Origin: Clostridia bacterium | Lineage (GTDB): Bacteria; Bacillota; Clostridia; UBA1212; DUPL01 | NCBI GenBank assembly: GCA_050951325.1 | Contig: JBMNIW010000012.1 | Coordinates: 320,001-384,000, forward strand | DNA: 64,000 nt | Direction: 5' to 3' | The notes under the pieces: generated by a model | Databases searched by the model: none | The model's input: the letters and a program-made list of their open reading frames with translations, nothing else | What the model was told of the DNA's origin: nothing | Program-made: the position numbers and the translations under genes | Shown here: positions 28,470 to 39,978 of the stretch, piece by piece | Position numbering within the stretch: the stretch's first letter is position 1 | Layout: the number at the start of each line of letters is the position of its first letter

Positions 28470-29852
28470 CTATTTACCAAGACAAAATCTCGAAAAAATG
28501 TTGTTCAATACTTCTTCGTTTACCGAAGCCCCTGTAATCTCTCCTAAAGTATTCACGCCATTCCATATGTCAAAGGCTATAATATCCAGAGGCATTCCAG
28601 TGTTGTAGTTTTCAACGGCTTTCTTTAGTGATGCAAGGCTTGTGTCTATAAGGGTTTTGTGTCTTGCGTTTGTAATTATGTTTTCAGTGTTTATTCCAAT
28701 TTTCTCTTCAGAAAAATACTTTTTTATCCTGTCGAAAACTTCTTTTACGCCTATGTCTTCTGTAAGTGATGTTTCAATAACGTCGTAATTCTTTAATTTT
28801 CTTCCAAGTTCTTCGAGGTAATTCGTTTCAATGTCAATTTTGTTGAGTATTACTATGAGCGGTTTCTTTATGGACAGTATCTTTTCTTCAATATCAGGTT
28901 CGGTACTGTCTATCATGTATATTACAATATCTGCTTCTTCTATCTTTTCTTCTGCCCTTTTAACTCCTATTTGTTCTATTACATCTTCTGTTTCCCTGAT
29001 ACCGGCGGTATCAGTTAAAATAACAGGTATTCCGTCAATTTCAATATATTCTTCAATCGTATCCCTAGTGGTTCCAGGTATGGAAGATACTATTGCCCTG
29101 TTGTATCCTGTAAGTGCGTTCATAAGGGACGATTTGCCTACGTTTGGTTTTCCTGCAATAGTTATCTTCAGGCCTTCCCTTATCAATCTTCCCTGTCTGT
29201 AGCTTTTAGACAGATCCTCAAGTTCAATAATAACACTATTCAGGGTTTTCATTGTTACATCTGCAGTAACGAGTTCAGATTCGTATTCCGGATAATCTAT
29301 ATTTACTTCAATTTCAGCAAGCACCGAGACCAGCCCCTGTCTGATTCTCTCTATCTGTTTTGACAATCTTCCACCAAGCTGATCTATTGCTGCTTTTCTA
29401 GCCTCTTCGGTATGAGAATTTATTAGGTCCATGACAGCTTCCGCTTCGGACAAGTCTATTCTACCGTTCAAAAATGCACGCTTTGTAAACTCACCCGGCT
29501 CGGCACTTCTTGCTCCCATGCGGAATACCAGCTCCAGAACCCTTCTTAATACTGCATAGCTGCCATGACAGTTTATCTCTATAACATCTTCCTTGGTATA
29601 TGTGTTAGGAGCATCCATTCTCGTCAGCATACATTCGTCAAGAATCTCGCCGCTTTCCGGATCCCTGATAAATCCATACTTTATGGTGTGGGTTGGCATG
29701 TTTAGAACAAAGTCCCCTAAACGACCATAAGCCATGCAAAATATCCTGTTTGCAATGGCTACTGATTCCTTCCCACTTATTCTTATTATGCCGATTCCGC
29801 CTCTTCCGGGCGGTGTTGAAATTGCTGCTATTGTGTCTTCAACATAGTTCAT
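28470..29852 (-). CDS. mnmE: tRNA modification GTPase MnmE/TrmE
   Basis: DTIAAIST, GKPNVGKSS, GTTRD, DTAG, NKID, FCLGK. Confidence 0.97.
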   Translation of the reverse strand: MNYVEDTIAAISTPPGRGGIGIIRISGKESVAIANRIFCMAYGRLGDFVLNMPTHTIKYGFIRDPESGEILDECMLTRMDAPNTYTKEDVIEINCHGSYAVLRRVLELVFRMGARSAEPGEFTKRAFLNGRIDLSEAEAVMDLINSHTEEARKAAIDQLGGRLSKQIERIRQGLVSVLAEIEVNIDYPEYESELVTADVTMKTLNSVIIELEDLSKSYRQGRLIREGLKITIAGKPNVGKSSLMNALTGYNRAIVSSIPGTTRDTIEEYIEIDGIPVILTDTAGIRETEDVIEQIGVKRAEEKIEEADIVIYMIDSTEPDIEEKILSIKKPLIVILNKIDIETNYLEELGRKLKNYDVIETSLTEDIGVKEVFDRIKKYFSEEKIGINTENIITNARHKTLIDTSLASLKKAVENYNTGMPLDIIAFDIWNGVNTLGEITGASVNEEVLNNIFSRFCLGK

Positions 29853-30526
29853 TAGTATCTCTTTCTATATGAACCTCTGTATTTGTTGTTGCGAAGATTT
29901 GCATTAGGTTTCAATCTAACTGTTACACACCTGTTTGGCTCTTCTCCCTGACTTACGGTCTCTACATATTCATGATTCTGCAGTTCAGTGTGGATTATTC
30001 TTCTTTCATATGCCTGCATAGGATCAAGAGAAACAGGTCTTCTGTATCTGACAACTTTTGCTGCGGTTCTGTTTGCAAGGCTTCTTAGATTTTCTTCTTT
30101 CTTCTTTCTGTAATCTTCCACGTCAACAATAACACGTCTGTAATTTTCCTTTTCCTTGTTGATAATCAGGTTGGAGAGATAATTAAGCGCCTGGAGAGTG
30201 TCTCCATGCCTGCCTATAAGGAATGCAACATCCTCGCCATAGATGTCAGCCCTCAATGCATCTTCGTTATTCTCAATATTCAATCTTACCTCAACGTCCA
30301 TTGTATCCACAACAATACCTAAAAACTCTCTCAATACCTTACTATCCGGTTTGTTTTCCGTAACTCTGACTCTAGCTTCCTTGCCTCCAAACAAACCCAA
30401 TACTGCTTTTGAACCTTCATCAAGAATATCTACTTCCGCATCTTCAAGGTCAATATTGAGTTCCGCCAAAGCCGCATTAATGGCTTCGTCTACTGTACGT
30501 CCGCTTTTTTCAACACTCTTTGCCAT
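29852..30526 (-). CDS. jag: RNA-binding protein Jag/KhpB (KH and R3H domains)
   Basis: Jag_N, LIGRHG, ERRIIH. Confidence 0.94.
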   Translation of the reverse strand: MAKSVEKSGRTVDEAINAALAELNIDLEDAEVDILDEGSKAVLGLFGGKEARVRVTENKPDSKVLREFLGIVVDTMDVEVRLNIENNEDALRADIYGEDVAFLIGRHGDTLQALNYLSNLIINKEKENYRRVIVDVEDYRKKKEENLRSLANRTAAKVVRYRRPVSLDPMQAYERRIIHTELQNHEYVETVSQGEEPNRCVTVRLKPNANLRNNKYRGSYRKRY

Positions 30527-31407
30527 TATACATTACCTTCTTTCTTTTTTTGAAAAACTTTCTTAGTTATATAATTCTGTCCTATTCCAAGTACATTGCC
30601 TATTATCCAGTACAGACCTACACCTGCAGGAACATTGAATGTAATGAGCAATGATATTATCGGCATGATTTTGGTCATCGTTTCCAAAGGATTAGATGCT
30701 TTCTCTTTTTCGTCTTCCTTCTTTTTCTTATTAGCGCTGTTTGCTGTTGTGGTCTTTTGTATAAGATATGACGTTAGTGCGGATATAATTGGTATCAAAA
30801 GCAAGGGCAAATAAACCTTTGGATCTGAAAACAACTTTGACAGGGATGGCGTCATACCAAGATCAAATATCTTCAAGAACTTCATGTTCAGGAGCTGTCC
30901 TCCGGTAATGTGTTCCGACACTTCCGCCAGCTTGTCCGTATTCTTTAGGAAAAAGTCATTGATTACTATTTCGCTTACAGCTTTACTTTTTGATATGTTC
31001 TGGGCATTTGCCACAAATTTTTGAAGTGCGGTTATTGCGGTAATGGAAACACCGGATATATAGGTCAATGGCTGGGTTACTATGCGATACAACGAAATAA
31101 TAAGTGGGAATTGAATCAACGTAGGCAAGCAACCTGCCATGGGATTTATGTTATACTTTTGGTATAACTTCATCTGCTCCTCATTTAATTTTTCCTTGTC
31201 ATTTTTGTACAGTCGTCTTAGTTCTTCTATTTCTGGTTGGAGTTCCTGATTTCTGAGCAATGACTTTTGCTGTTTCAAGTTAAGGGGAAAAAGCAATATT
31301 CTTACGAATATTGTGAAATATATCAAAGTAAGCCCATAGCTTTGAAAGGCAATTGTGTCATATATCAGTTTCATTAGTACTCCGAACGGCTTGATTATAA
31401 AATTCAA
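30526..31407 (-). CDS. yidC: Membrane protein insertase YidC
   Basis: GCLPTLIQFP, PAGVGLYW; conserved position. Confidence 0.93.
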   Translation of the reverse strand: MNFIIKPFGVLMKLIYDTIAFQSYGLTLIYFTIFVRILLFPLNLKQQKSLLRNQELQPEIEELRRLYKNDKEKLNEEQMKLYQKYNINPMAGCLPTLIQFPLIISLYRIVTQPLTYISGVSITAITALQKFVANAQNISKSKAVSEIVINDFFLKNTDKLAEVSEHITGGQLLNMKFLKIFDLGMTPSLSKLFSDPKVYLPLLLIPIISALTSYLIQKTTTANSANKKKKEDEKEKASNPLETMTKIMPIISLLITFNVPAGVGLYWIIGNVLGIGQNYITKKVFQKKKEGNV

Positions 31408-31429
31408 GTTATGCTACACTTCCTTTTAC

Positions 31430-31648
31430 TTATTTTACAGGGTCATATCCTCCTTTGTTAAAAGGATTGCACCTTAAAATTCTCCAAATTGACATCACAA
31501 GTCCTTTTACAGCGCCATGTTTTTCTATTGCTTCAATTGCATACGATGAACATGTAGGATAAAACCTGCAGCAAGGTCTTTTCAAAGGTGACAAATATTT
31601 TTTATATATGCCGATGATCCAAATTAATACCCTTTTCAGCTTAATCAC
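31430..31648 (-). CDS. yidD: Membrane protein insertion efficiency factor
   Basis: [23 protein letters not shown]. Confidence 0.95.
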   Translation of the reverse strand: MIKLKRVLIWIIGIYKKYLSPLKRPCCRFYPTCSSYAIEAIEKHGAVKGLVMSIWRILRCNPFNKGGYDPVK

Positions 31649-32036
31649 TTTCTTCTTTTTTGAAAATTCCCAGTTTCATACCAAGCTTCTTGAATTCGCT
31701 ATCTATATCATGAAACGACGGCAAAGAAACGGCCTTTAGTCTGTTGTTTGGTGTTTTTGCTGCCCGGACGGTCGACTTTACCAAAATTACTATGTCGTAT
31801 CCTGTCAATATGCTGTCTTCACTCAATCTGTAACTTTCGCGAATTAGTCTTTTGACTCTGTTTCTTTGTACAGCAATGCCAACTTTCTTGCTGATGGAGA
31901 TGCCCACTCTGTTGTATGAAAAACCGTTTTCCAATGCATACACCACAATATGTTTTCCTGCCTTGTACTTGCCCTTTTTAAAGACTCTTGAGAACTCTCT
32001 GTTTGTTTTAAGCGAAACCATGTTTTTCATAAACAT
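31641..32036 (-). CDS. rnpA: Ribonuclease P protein component
   Basis: [19 protein letters not shown] (RNR motif). Confidence 0.94.
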   Translation of the reverse strand: MFMKNMVSLKTNREFSRVFKKGKYKAGKHIVVYALENGFSYNRVGISISKKVGIAVQRNRVKRLIRESYRLSEDSILTGYDIVILVKSTVRAAKTPNNRLKAVSLPSFHDIDSEFKKLGMKLGIFKKEESD

Positions 32037-32071
32037 CTATCTCCAAACACCGCTGCGTAAAACCCTTGATT

Positions 32072-32206
32072 TTACGCAGACAGAATTTTTCTTCCCTTTC
32101 TTCTTCTAGCTTTCAGGACCTTTCTTCCGCCTCTTGTTTTCATTCTTGCTCTGAATCCATGAAGTTTGCTTCTCTTTCTTTTCTTTGGCTGATATGTTCT
32201 AAGCAT
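32072..32206 (-). CDS. rpmH: 50S ribosomal protein L34
   Basis: [22 protein letters not shown]...; 44 aa; GGAGGTG RBS. Confidence 0.97.
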   Translation of the reverse strand: MLRTYQPKKRKRSKLHGFRARMKTRGGRKVLKARRRKGRKILSA

Positions 32207-32266
32207 TTCTACATCACCTCCAACGTGTATTCTAATTGGATCCATAAATACATCCAAATCAGCGTT

Positions 32267-32295
32267 ATTATATATAAAGTTTTTAATTCTGTCAA
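32267..32295 (-). promoter_or_regulatory. rpmH promoter
   Basis: Consensus TTGACA-17-TATAAT. Confidence 0.85.
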
Positions 32296-32473
32296 TAAAA
32301 CTGTTTGCCTTCGCAGAACGTAGGAGAGACAAAAATATGGGTATCAAATTTAATTGTGAATTATTTTCATGATTGTTTCTATATACAGTATTTAATAATG
32401 CACTTTACCACAAAACATTGAAATCATGCATATTTATGACAGCATTCAGTCTCTTTCTGCTTTTAAAATTCTG

Positions 32474-32502
32474 TTGCACTCGGTATGTTTATTTGTTATA
32501 TT
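32474..32502 (+). promoter_or_regulatory. Putative dnaA promoter
   Basis: TTGCAC-17-TATATT with extended TG. Confidence 0.5.
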
Positions 32503-32670
32503 ATTTATACGTTCTTATCAGAACAGTTCATGATTATACATAAGATAAAATTATCAGATTACTAATGAGAAATAGAACGTTATAAGGTTAATGTGTGCTT
32601 CAATAGACAAGTACACAAGTATTTTTTTGACTCAAAATGAATTATTGATACATAAGATGGAGGAATATTA

Positions 32671-33984
32671 ATGACAGATTCTTTAGAAAACATATGGAAA
32701 AAATGCCTGAATACGTTAAGTGCGGACATACAGCCAACATTGTTCAATGCGTATATTATGAGTATAACTCCATTGGAAATAACAGAGGACATAATAGCCT
32801 TTGAAGTTCCAGAAGCATTCCTGTTAAACACAATAGAAAACAAGTTTTATCCACAGATTAGAAATGCAATTACTTTGCACACAGGCAAAGAATATAGATT
32901 GCATTTTTATTTGCCCGATCAATACAAGAAAAAGGAGCAGGAAAACAAGCAAATAATACCAAGGTTCAACTCCCATCTGAATGGCAGATATACCTTTGAT
33001 TCTTTTATAACAGGCAACAGTAACCGTATGGCTTATGCTGCCGCCGTTGCCATATCATCAAGTCCAGGCAAGGCATATAATCCATTGTTTATATATGGAC
33101 AATCCGGGCTTGGCAAAACCCATCTTATGCATGCAATTGGAAACGAGATATTAAACAAAGATCCTAACCAAAAGGTGCTGTATGTCACATCTGAGACATT
33201 TACAAACGAATTTATTGAGGCGCTCGAACAAAAAAAGAATGATGAGTTTAGAAACAAGTATAGAAAGATTGACGTACTTCTGATTGACGATATTCAGTTC
33301 ATATCAAGACGTGAAAGAACACAGGAAGAGTTTTTCTATACATTCAACTCTCTCTACAGCGATGGCAAACAGATTGTTGTGTCGAGTGACAGACCGATTA
33401 ATGAGATAAGCATACTTGAAGACCGTTTGCGTACAAGATTTGCCTGGGGACTCATAGCCGACATACAGGCACCTGACTTTGAGACAAAGGTGGCCATTTT
33501 GAAAAGAAAAGCCGATGAAAACAATATTATTGTCGAGAAAAACATTTTGGAACATATTGCATTCCAAACAGGAGACAACATAAGAGAACTGGAAGGTATA
33601 ATCAACCACCTGACAATATCCTCCTCACAAGGAAGAAAAATAGATTTGAACCTGGCAAGAGAAGCATTAAGACACTTACAGAAAACTGAAACAAAGGAAA
33701 TTACCCCAAAGGTTATTATAGATGTGGTTTCAAGGTATTATAATCTCACTGTTGAGGACATACTGTCAAAGAAGAGAAACAAGGAAATAGCTTTTCCAAG
33801 ACAGATAGCAATGTATTTGTGCCGTGAACTTTCCAATCTGTCTTTTCCTGAAATAGGAGAAGCCTTCGGAGGAAAAAACCATACAACAGTTATGTATGCT
33901 CACGAACAGATAACAAAAAAGTGTGAAGAGAGTTTTGATCTTAGAGACACGATAGAGGAAATAAAAAAGTCAATTGTCTGCTGA
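32671..33984 (+). CDS. dnaA: Replication initiator DnaA
   Basis: YNPLFIYGQSGLGKTHL, LLIDDIQF, NIRELEG, RQIAMYL, HTTV. Confidence 0.98.
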   Translation: MTDSLENIWKKCLNTLSADIQPTLFNAYIMSITPLEITEDIIAFEVPEAFLLNTIENKFYPQIRNAITLHTGKEYRLHFYLPDQYKKKEQENKQIIPRFNSHLNGRYTFDSFITGNSNRMAYAAAVAISSSPGKAYNPLFIYGQSGLGKTHLMHAIGNEILNKDPNQKVLYVTSETFTNEFIEALEQKKNDEFRNKYRKIDVLLIDDIQFISRRERTQEEFFYTFNSLYSDGKQIVVSSDRPINEISILEDRLRTRFAWGLIADIQAPDFETKVAILKRKADENNIIVEKNILEHIAFQTGDNIRELEGIINHLTISSSQGRKIDLNLAREALRHLQKTETKEITPKVIIDVVSRYYNLTVEDILSKKRNKEIAFPRQIAMYLCRELSNLSFPEIGEAFGGKNHTTVMYAHEQITKKCEESFDLRDTIEEIKKSIVC

Positions 33985-34256
33985 TTTCAACCTTATCCAC
34001 AAGTTATCAACAGAAATCTGTTGATAAGTGCACAACTTCCTGTGGATAACTTGTGGATAGATTCATTCAAAAAACTTCTGTTGATAAGCTGTGTATAAAA
34101 ACATGAGTTATCCCCAAGTTATTGACAGTTGTTTCACAGACAAAAAAATGATATATATAATAGTAGGAAAAATACTTATCCACATTTTGCACAACCCCTA
34201 CTACTAATACTACTAAAAAGAAATATATATAATAATACATACAGGGAGGATGCCAT
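33985..34256. other. oriC (DnaA-box cluster, DnaA-trios and AT-rich unwinding element)
   Basis: TTATCCACA at 33993 and 34176, TGTGGATAA and many 1-2 mismatch boxes; CCCCTACTACTAATACTACTA trio repeat at about 34195-34215, then an AT-rich run. Gene orientation switches around dnaA. Confidence 0.92.
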
Positions 34257-35357
34257 ATGAAATTCACATGCAATAGAGACAATTTGGTAGAAGCTATTAA
34301 CGTAGTGCAGAGAGCTATATCAGGAAAAACAACCATGCCTATACTAGAAGGCATATTGATAGAAGTTATAGAAGAACTTAAGATGACTGCTAATGACCTG
34401 GATCTTGGTATAACTTATGAAATACCTGCAATAATAGAAGAAGTGGGTTCTGTACTTGTTTCTTCAAAGACATTTGGAGATATTGTAAGGAAACTGCCCG
34501 ATATATACGTTACAATAGAAACTTCTGAGGCTAACAATCTTGTCATTATAACCAGTGGAAAGGCTAGATTTGAAATATCCATGATGGATATAGATGAATA
34601 CCCACAGGTCAACTTCATTGACGAAGAGGAATCGGTAACTTTTGAAAATGAAATTCTTAGAAGTCTCATAAAGCAAAGTATATTTGCAACAGCGGATGAT
34701 GATTCCAAGCCAATGTTTAAGGGCGTTTTCATTGACAAGGAAGGAAAGACAGTAAATTTTGTCGCTCTTTGTAACAGCAAGATGGCTATAAAGCACACTT
34801 CCATGGAAAACGAAAAAGAGTTCAAGATCCTTGTGCCAACCAGGATACTCAACGAGGTATACAAGGTACTGCAGATTACGAATGAAAACATGTCCATGGC
34901 CTGGTCTAAAACACAGGTGATGTTTTACAACAGCCATTTTAAAATAATATCCCGATTGATAAATAGCGAGTACTTGAAGTACAGGGATTTAATTCCTAGA
35001 GAGGATAAACTGCGTGTTGTAGTATCAACAAAAGATTTTCTTCATGCAATTGAGCGTTCCGCTCTTGTTATGCAGGACAGTTCCAAGTATCCAATGGTGC
35101 TGACTACAGACATGGACGAAATAGTAATATCGGCTAAGGCAGAAAGAGGGCACTCGGAAGAAAGGCTTCCTGCCCAAGTAAACGGGTCAAGCTTAACAAT
35201 AGGGTTTAACACTTCAAATTTTATTGACTGCCTTAAGGTAATTGACGATGAAACCATATCCCTGCACTTTACAACCAGTTTGGGACCATGTATTGTAAGA
35301 GGCGAGGAGTATGACGATTATGTATTTCTGGTAATGCCAGTGAGATTGAAATTGTAA
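34257..35357 (+). CDS. dnaN: DNA polymerase III beta clamp
   Basis: 366 aa, MPILEGIL, IGFN, C-terminal LVMPVRL; follows dnaA. Confidence 0.95.
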   Translation: MKFTCNRDNLVEAINVVQRAISGKTTMPILEGILIEVIEELKMTANDLDLGITYEIPAIIEEVGSVLVSSKTFGDIVRKLPDIYVTIETSEANNLVIITSGKARFEISMMDIDEYPQVNFIDEEESVTFENEILRSLIKQSIFATADDDSKPMFKGVFIDKEGKTVNFVALCNSKMAIKHTSMENEKEFKILVPTRILNEVYKVLQITNENMSMAWSKTQVMFYNSHFKIISRLINSEYLKYRDLIPREDKLRVVVSTKDFLHAIERSALVMQDSSKYPMVLTTDMDEIVISAKAERGHSEERLPAQVNGSSLTIGFNTSNFIDCLKVIDDETISLHFTTSLGPCIVRGEEYDDYVFLVMPVRLKL

Positions 35358-35382
35358 TTAGAATAAGAGGTTTTGATAATTT

Positions 35383-35619
35383 ATGGGCGAAACTAAAATA
35401 CTGATTAATACCGAATACATCAAACTAGATCAGTTTTTAAAATGGTGTGGTATCGCCGATACAGGCGGTACTGCACGTGAAATTATTACTGGTGAGGATG
35501 TTTACGTTAATGGCGAAATAGAAACAAGAAGAGGAAGGAAGCTAAGACCTGGGGACAGGGTTGATATTTTTGGTCGAACCTTTGTTGTTTCTGCAAGCGG
35601 TGAAGACATTGATAGTTGA
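35383..35619 (+). CDS. yaaA: S4-domain RNA-binding protein YaaA/YbcJ
   Basis: YIKLDQFLK, TGG, VNGEIETRRGRKL. Confidence 0.92.
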   Translation: MGETKILINTEYIKLDQFLKWCGIADTGGTAREIITGEDVYVNGEIETRRGRKLRPGDRVDIFGRTFVVSASGEDIDS

Positions 35620-36715
35620 TTCTATAAGATTGGAAAATTTCCGAAACTATAAAGATATTGAATTGAATTTTTGTGATGGAATTAATATCTTTCAGGGTTT
35701 GAACGGACAGGGTAAGACGAATCTTCTGGAATCCATATACATCTGTTCCGTTGGCAAATCTTTTAGAACATCGAAAGATATTGAGATGATAAATCATGAA
35801 AAGGAATATTTTACTGTGAATGTCGGTATTAAGAATGATGCAACCGACAAAATTTTTATCAGATATGACAGACAGAAGCAGAAAGCTATAGCTGTCAATG
35901 GCATATTTTTACGAAAATCTGGACAGCTTATGGGTGCGCTTTTATGTGTCCTTTTTTGTCCTGAGGACTTGCTGATTCTTTCAGATGGCCCTTCAAGACG
36001 AAGAAGATTTCTTGATATAGCTATAAGCCAGTTGAATCCTCTTTACTATTACAACCTGCAACAGTATACAAAACTGACAGCTCAAAAGAACGTGCAGCTG
36101 AAGCAGATAAAGAAAAACCCAAAACAGAAGGATGTCCTTTTTGTCTGGAATGAACAGATTGCTGAATATGGCTCTAAAATAATTGCTGAAAGAATAAAGT
36201 TTATAGATGTATTGAAAGACCTTGCCAATGAAAGCCATGCATACATTTCTGAGTATAAGGAGCAACTTGTCTTGGAGTATGAGAATACAATAGAGCTTAA
36301 TGAATACGATGAAAGGCACATTAAAGAAACTTACATAAAAACACTGGAAAAGATAATGCAGAGGGAAATAGAAAGGGAAGTTAGCCTTATTGGCCCTCAC
36401 AGAGATGATATAAGTTTCAGGCTTAATGACCTGGAACTAAAAAAATATGGCTCTCAAGGGCAGAAGAGAACGGCTGTATTGTCTTTAAAGATTGCAGAGA
36501 TTGAAATAATGAAAAAAAACACAGGAAGAATTCCTATTCTTTTACTTGATGACGTTATGTCAGAACTCGACAAAAAGAGACAGGAGGCTTTGCTGTCTTA
36601 TGTAAAAGGAGTTCAGACATTCATTACTTGTGTCGATTCTGAGTCTTTCGATCAGCTGAAAGACACCCAAAACTACATTTTCAACATATCAGACGGAGCG
36701 GTTTCAAAGCTTTAG
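35609..36715 (+). CDS. recF: DNA replication/repair protein RecF
   Basis: NFRNY, GLNGQGKTN, GPHRDD, GSQGQ, LLDDVMSELD; TTG start inferred. Confidence 0.96.
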   Translation: MIVDSIRLENFRNYKDIELNFCDGINIFQGLNGQGKTNLLESIYICSVGKSFRTSKDIEMINHEKEYFTVNVGIKNDATDKIFIRYDRQKQKAIAVNGIFLRKSGQLMGALLCVLFCPEDLLILSDGPSRRRRFLDIAISQLNPLYYYNLQQYTKLTAQKNVQLKQIKKNPKQKDVLFVWNEQIAEYGSKIIAERIKFIDVLKDLANESHAYISEYKEQLVLEYENTIELNEYDERHIKETYIKTLEKIMQREIEREVSLIGPHRDDISFRLNDLELKKYGSQGQKRTAVLSLKIAEIEIMKKNTGRIPILLLDDVMSELDKKRQEALLSYVKGVQTFITCVDSESFDQLKDTQNYIFNISDGAVSKL

Positions 36716-36801
36716 TTAATTGCAATTATGTCCCATTCATGCTATAATATATATACTCAAATATCTTTATATTTGTTTATTAATTACCCAGAGGTGGAAC
36801 T

Positions 36802-37098
36802 TTGTTTATTCATATCGGCGATAACATTATTATCCCTGTAGATGAGATAGTTGGAATCTTTGACTTGGAAGGTACAACTATAACCGGAATTACCAGGGAT
36901 TTTTTAAAGGTTGCTGAAGAAGAAGGCTTCGTAATAGCAACATCATCCAGAATGCCGAAATCTTTTGTAATAACAGTGAGGAATAACCAAAATCTGATTT
37001 ATCTTTCATCCTTGTCTGTAAATACACTAAAAAAAAGGGTGAAGAAATGGTTGGATATGTTGAATAACAAAACAGTAAGATTAGTAAGGGGAAGTTAG
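36802..37098 (+). CDS. remB: RemB/YaaB (DUF370) family protein
   Basis: MFIHIG, KSFVIT, IYLSSLSVNTLKKR; lies between recF and gyrB. Confidence 0.85.
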   Translation: MFIHIGDNIIIPVDEIVGIFDLEGTTITGITRDFLKVAEEEGFVIATSSRMPKSFVITVRNNQNLIYLSSLSVNTLKKRVKKWLDMLNNKTVRLVRGS

Positions 37099-39030
<1,932 letters not shown>

Positions 39031-39047
39031 CTAACTTAAAGGAATGC

Positions 39048-39089
39048 ACCCCCTATTGTTTCACGTGAAACAATAGGGGGTTTTGTTTT
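39048..39089 (+). terminator. gyrB terminator containing parS #1 (39057-39072)
   Basis: Perfect 34-bp palindrome ACCCCCTATTGTTTCACGTGAAACAATAGGGGGT followed by TTTGTTTT. Confidence 0.85.
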
Positions 39090-39095
39090 ACAAAA

Positions 39096-39111
39096 TGTTT
39101 CACGTGAAACA
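39096..39111. promoter_or_regulatory. parS site #2
   Basis: TGTTTCACGTGAAACA, the consensus parS. Confidence 0.95.
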
Positions 39112-39197
39112 TTTTAACCAATATTTTTATCAATTCCATTGAAAGTGTATATGTGATATGATATAATTTTCCTACAAGAAAAGAAAGGAAGTACAAA

Positions 39198-39959
39198 ATG
39201 GCAAAAGTTATCGCTGTTGCAAATCAAAAAGGTGGAGTTGGAAAAACAACTACAGCAATCAATTTGAGTTCTTGCGTGGCATACAGGGGAAAAAGAGTCC
39301 TTCTTATTGACCTGGATCCCCAGGGCAACACTACTACTGGTTTGGGAATTAATAAAAGGAATTTGGATAAGTCCATCTACGACGTAATTATTAATGAAGA
39401 AAACATAGAAAATGTACTGCTTGACACCCATCAAAACACTCTTAATCTTTGTCCATCCAGTATGAAACTGGCAGGTGCCGAAGTTGAGCTGGTAAGTGTA
39501 ATATCAAGAGAAACAAGGTTGAAATATGCATTGGAAGATGTAGAGGATATTTTTGATTTTATATTTATAGATTGTCCTCCATCGCTCGGTCTTTTAACAA
39601 TAAACGCATTGACTGCATCACAAACTGTGTTGGTGCCTATTCAGTGCGAATACTATGCCCTTGAAGGTCTTACCCAGTTGATGGATACAGTAAAACTGGT
39701 TCAGAAGAGACTGAACAGAGATTTGGAAGTAGAAGGCGTTGTTTTGACAATGTTTGATGCGAGAACAAATTTATCCATAGAGGTTGTGGATGAAGTGCGC
39801 AAACATTTCAAAGACAAGGTATATGGAACAATTATACCTCGTAATGTTAAACTAAGCGAAGCTCCTAGCTATGGCTTGCCAATAGTATTGTACGATGAAA
39901 AATCTAAGGGAGCTCAAGCTTATCTGGAACTGGCCGATGAATTTATAGCTTTAGCATAA
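39198..39959 (+). CDS. parA: Chromosome partitioning ATPase ParA/Soj
   Basis: NQKGGVGKTT, DLDPQGN, DCPPSLG, PRNVKLSEAPS. Confidence 0.97.
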   Translation: MAKVIAVANQKGGVGKTTTAINLSSCVAYRGKRVLLIDLDPQGNTTTGLGINKRNLDKSIYDVIINEENIENVLLDTHQNTLNLCPSSMKLAGAEVELVSVISRETRLKYALEDVEDIFDFIFIDCPPSLGLLTINALTASQTVLVPIQCEYYALEGLTQLMDTVKLVQKRLNRDLEVEGVVLTMFDARTNLSIEVVDEVRKHFKDKVYGTIIPRNVKLSEAPSYGLPIVLYDEKSKGAQAYLELADEFIALA

Positions 39960-39978
39960 AAGAAAGTGAGGTAACGAC

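Noticed and set aside
32072-32347. 91-aa extended L34 ORF
   Set aside because: The extension spans the promoter; the RBS supports the 44-aa protein starting at 32206.
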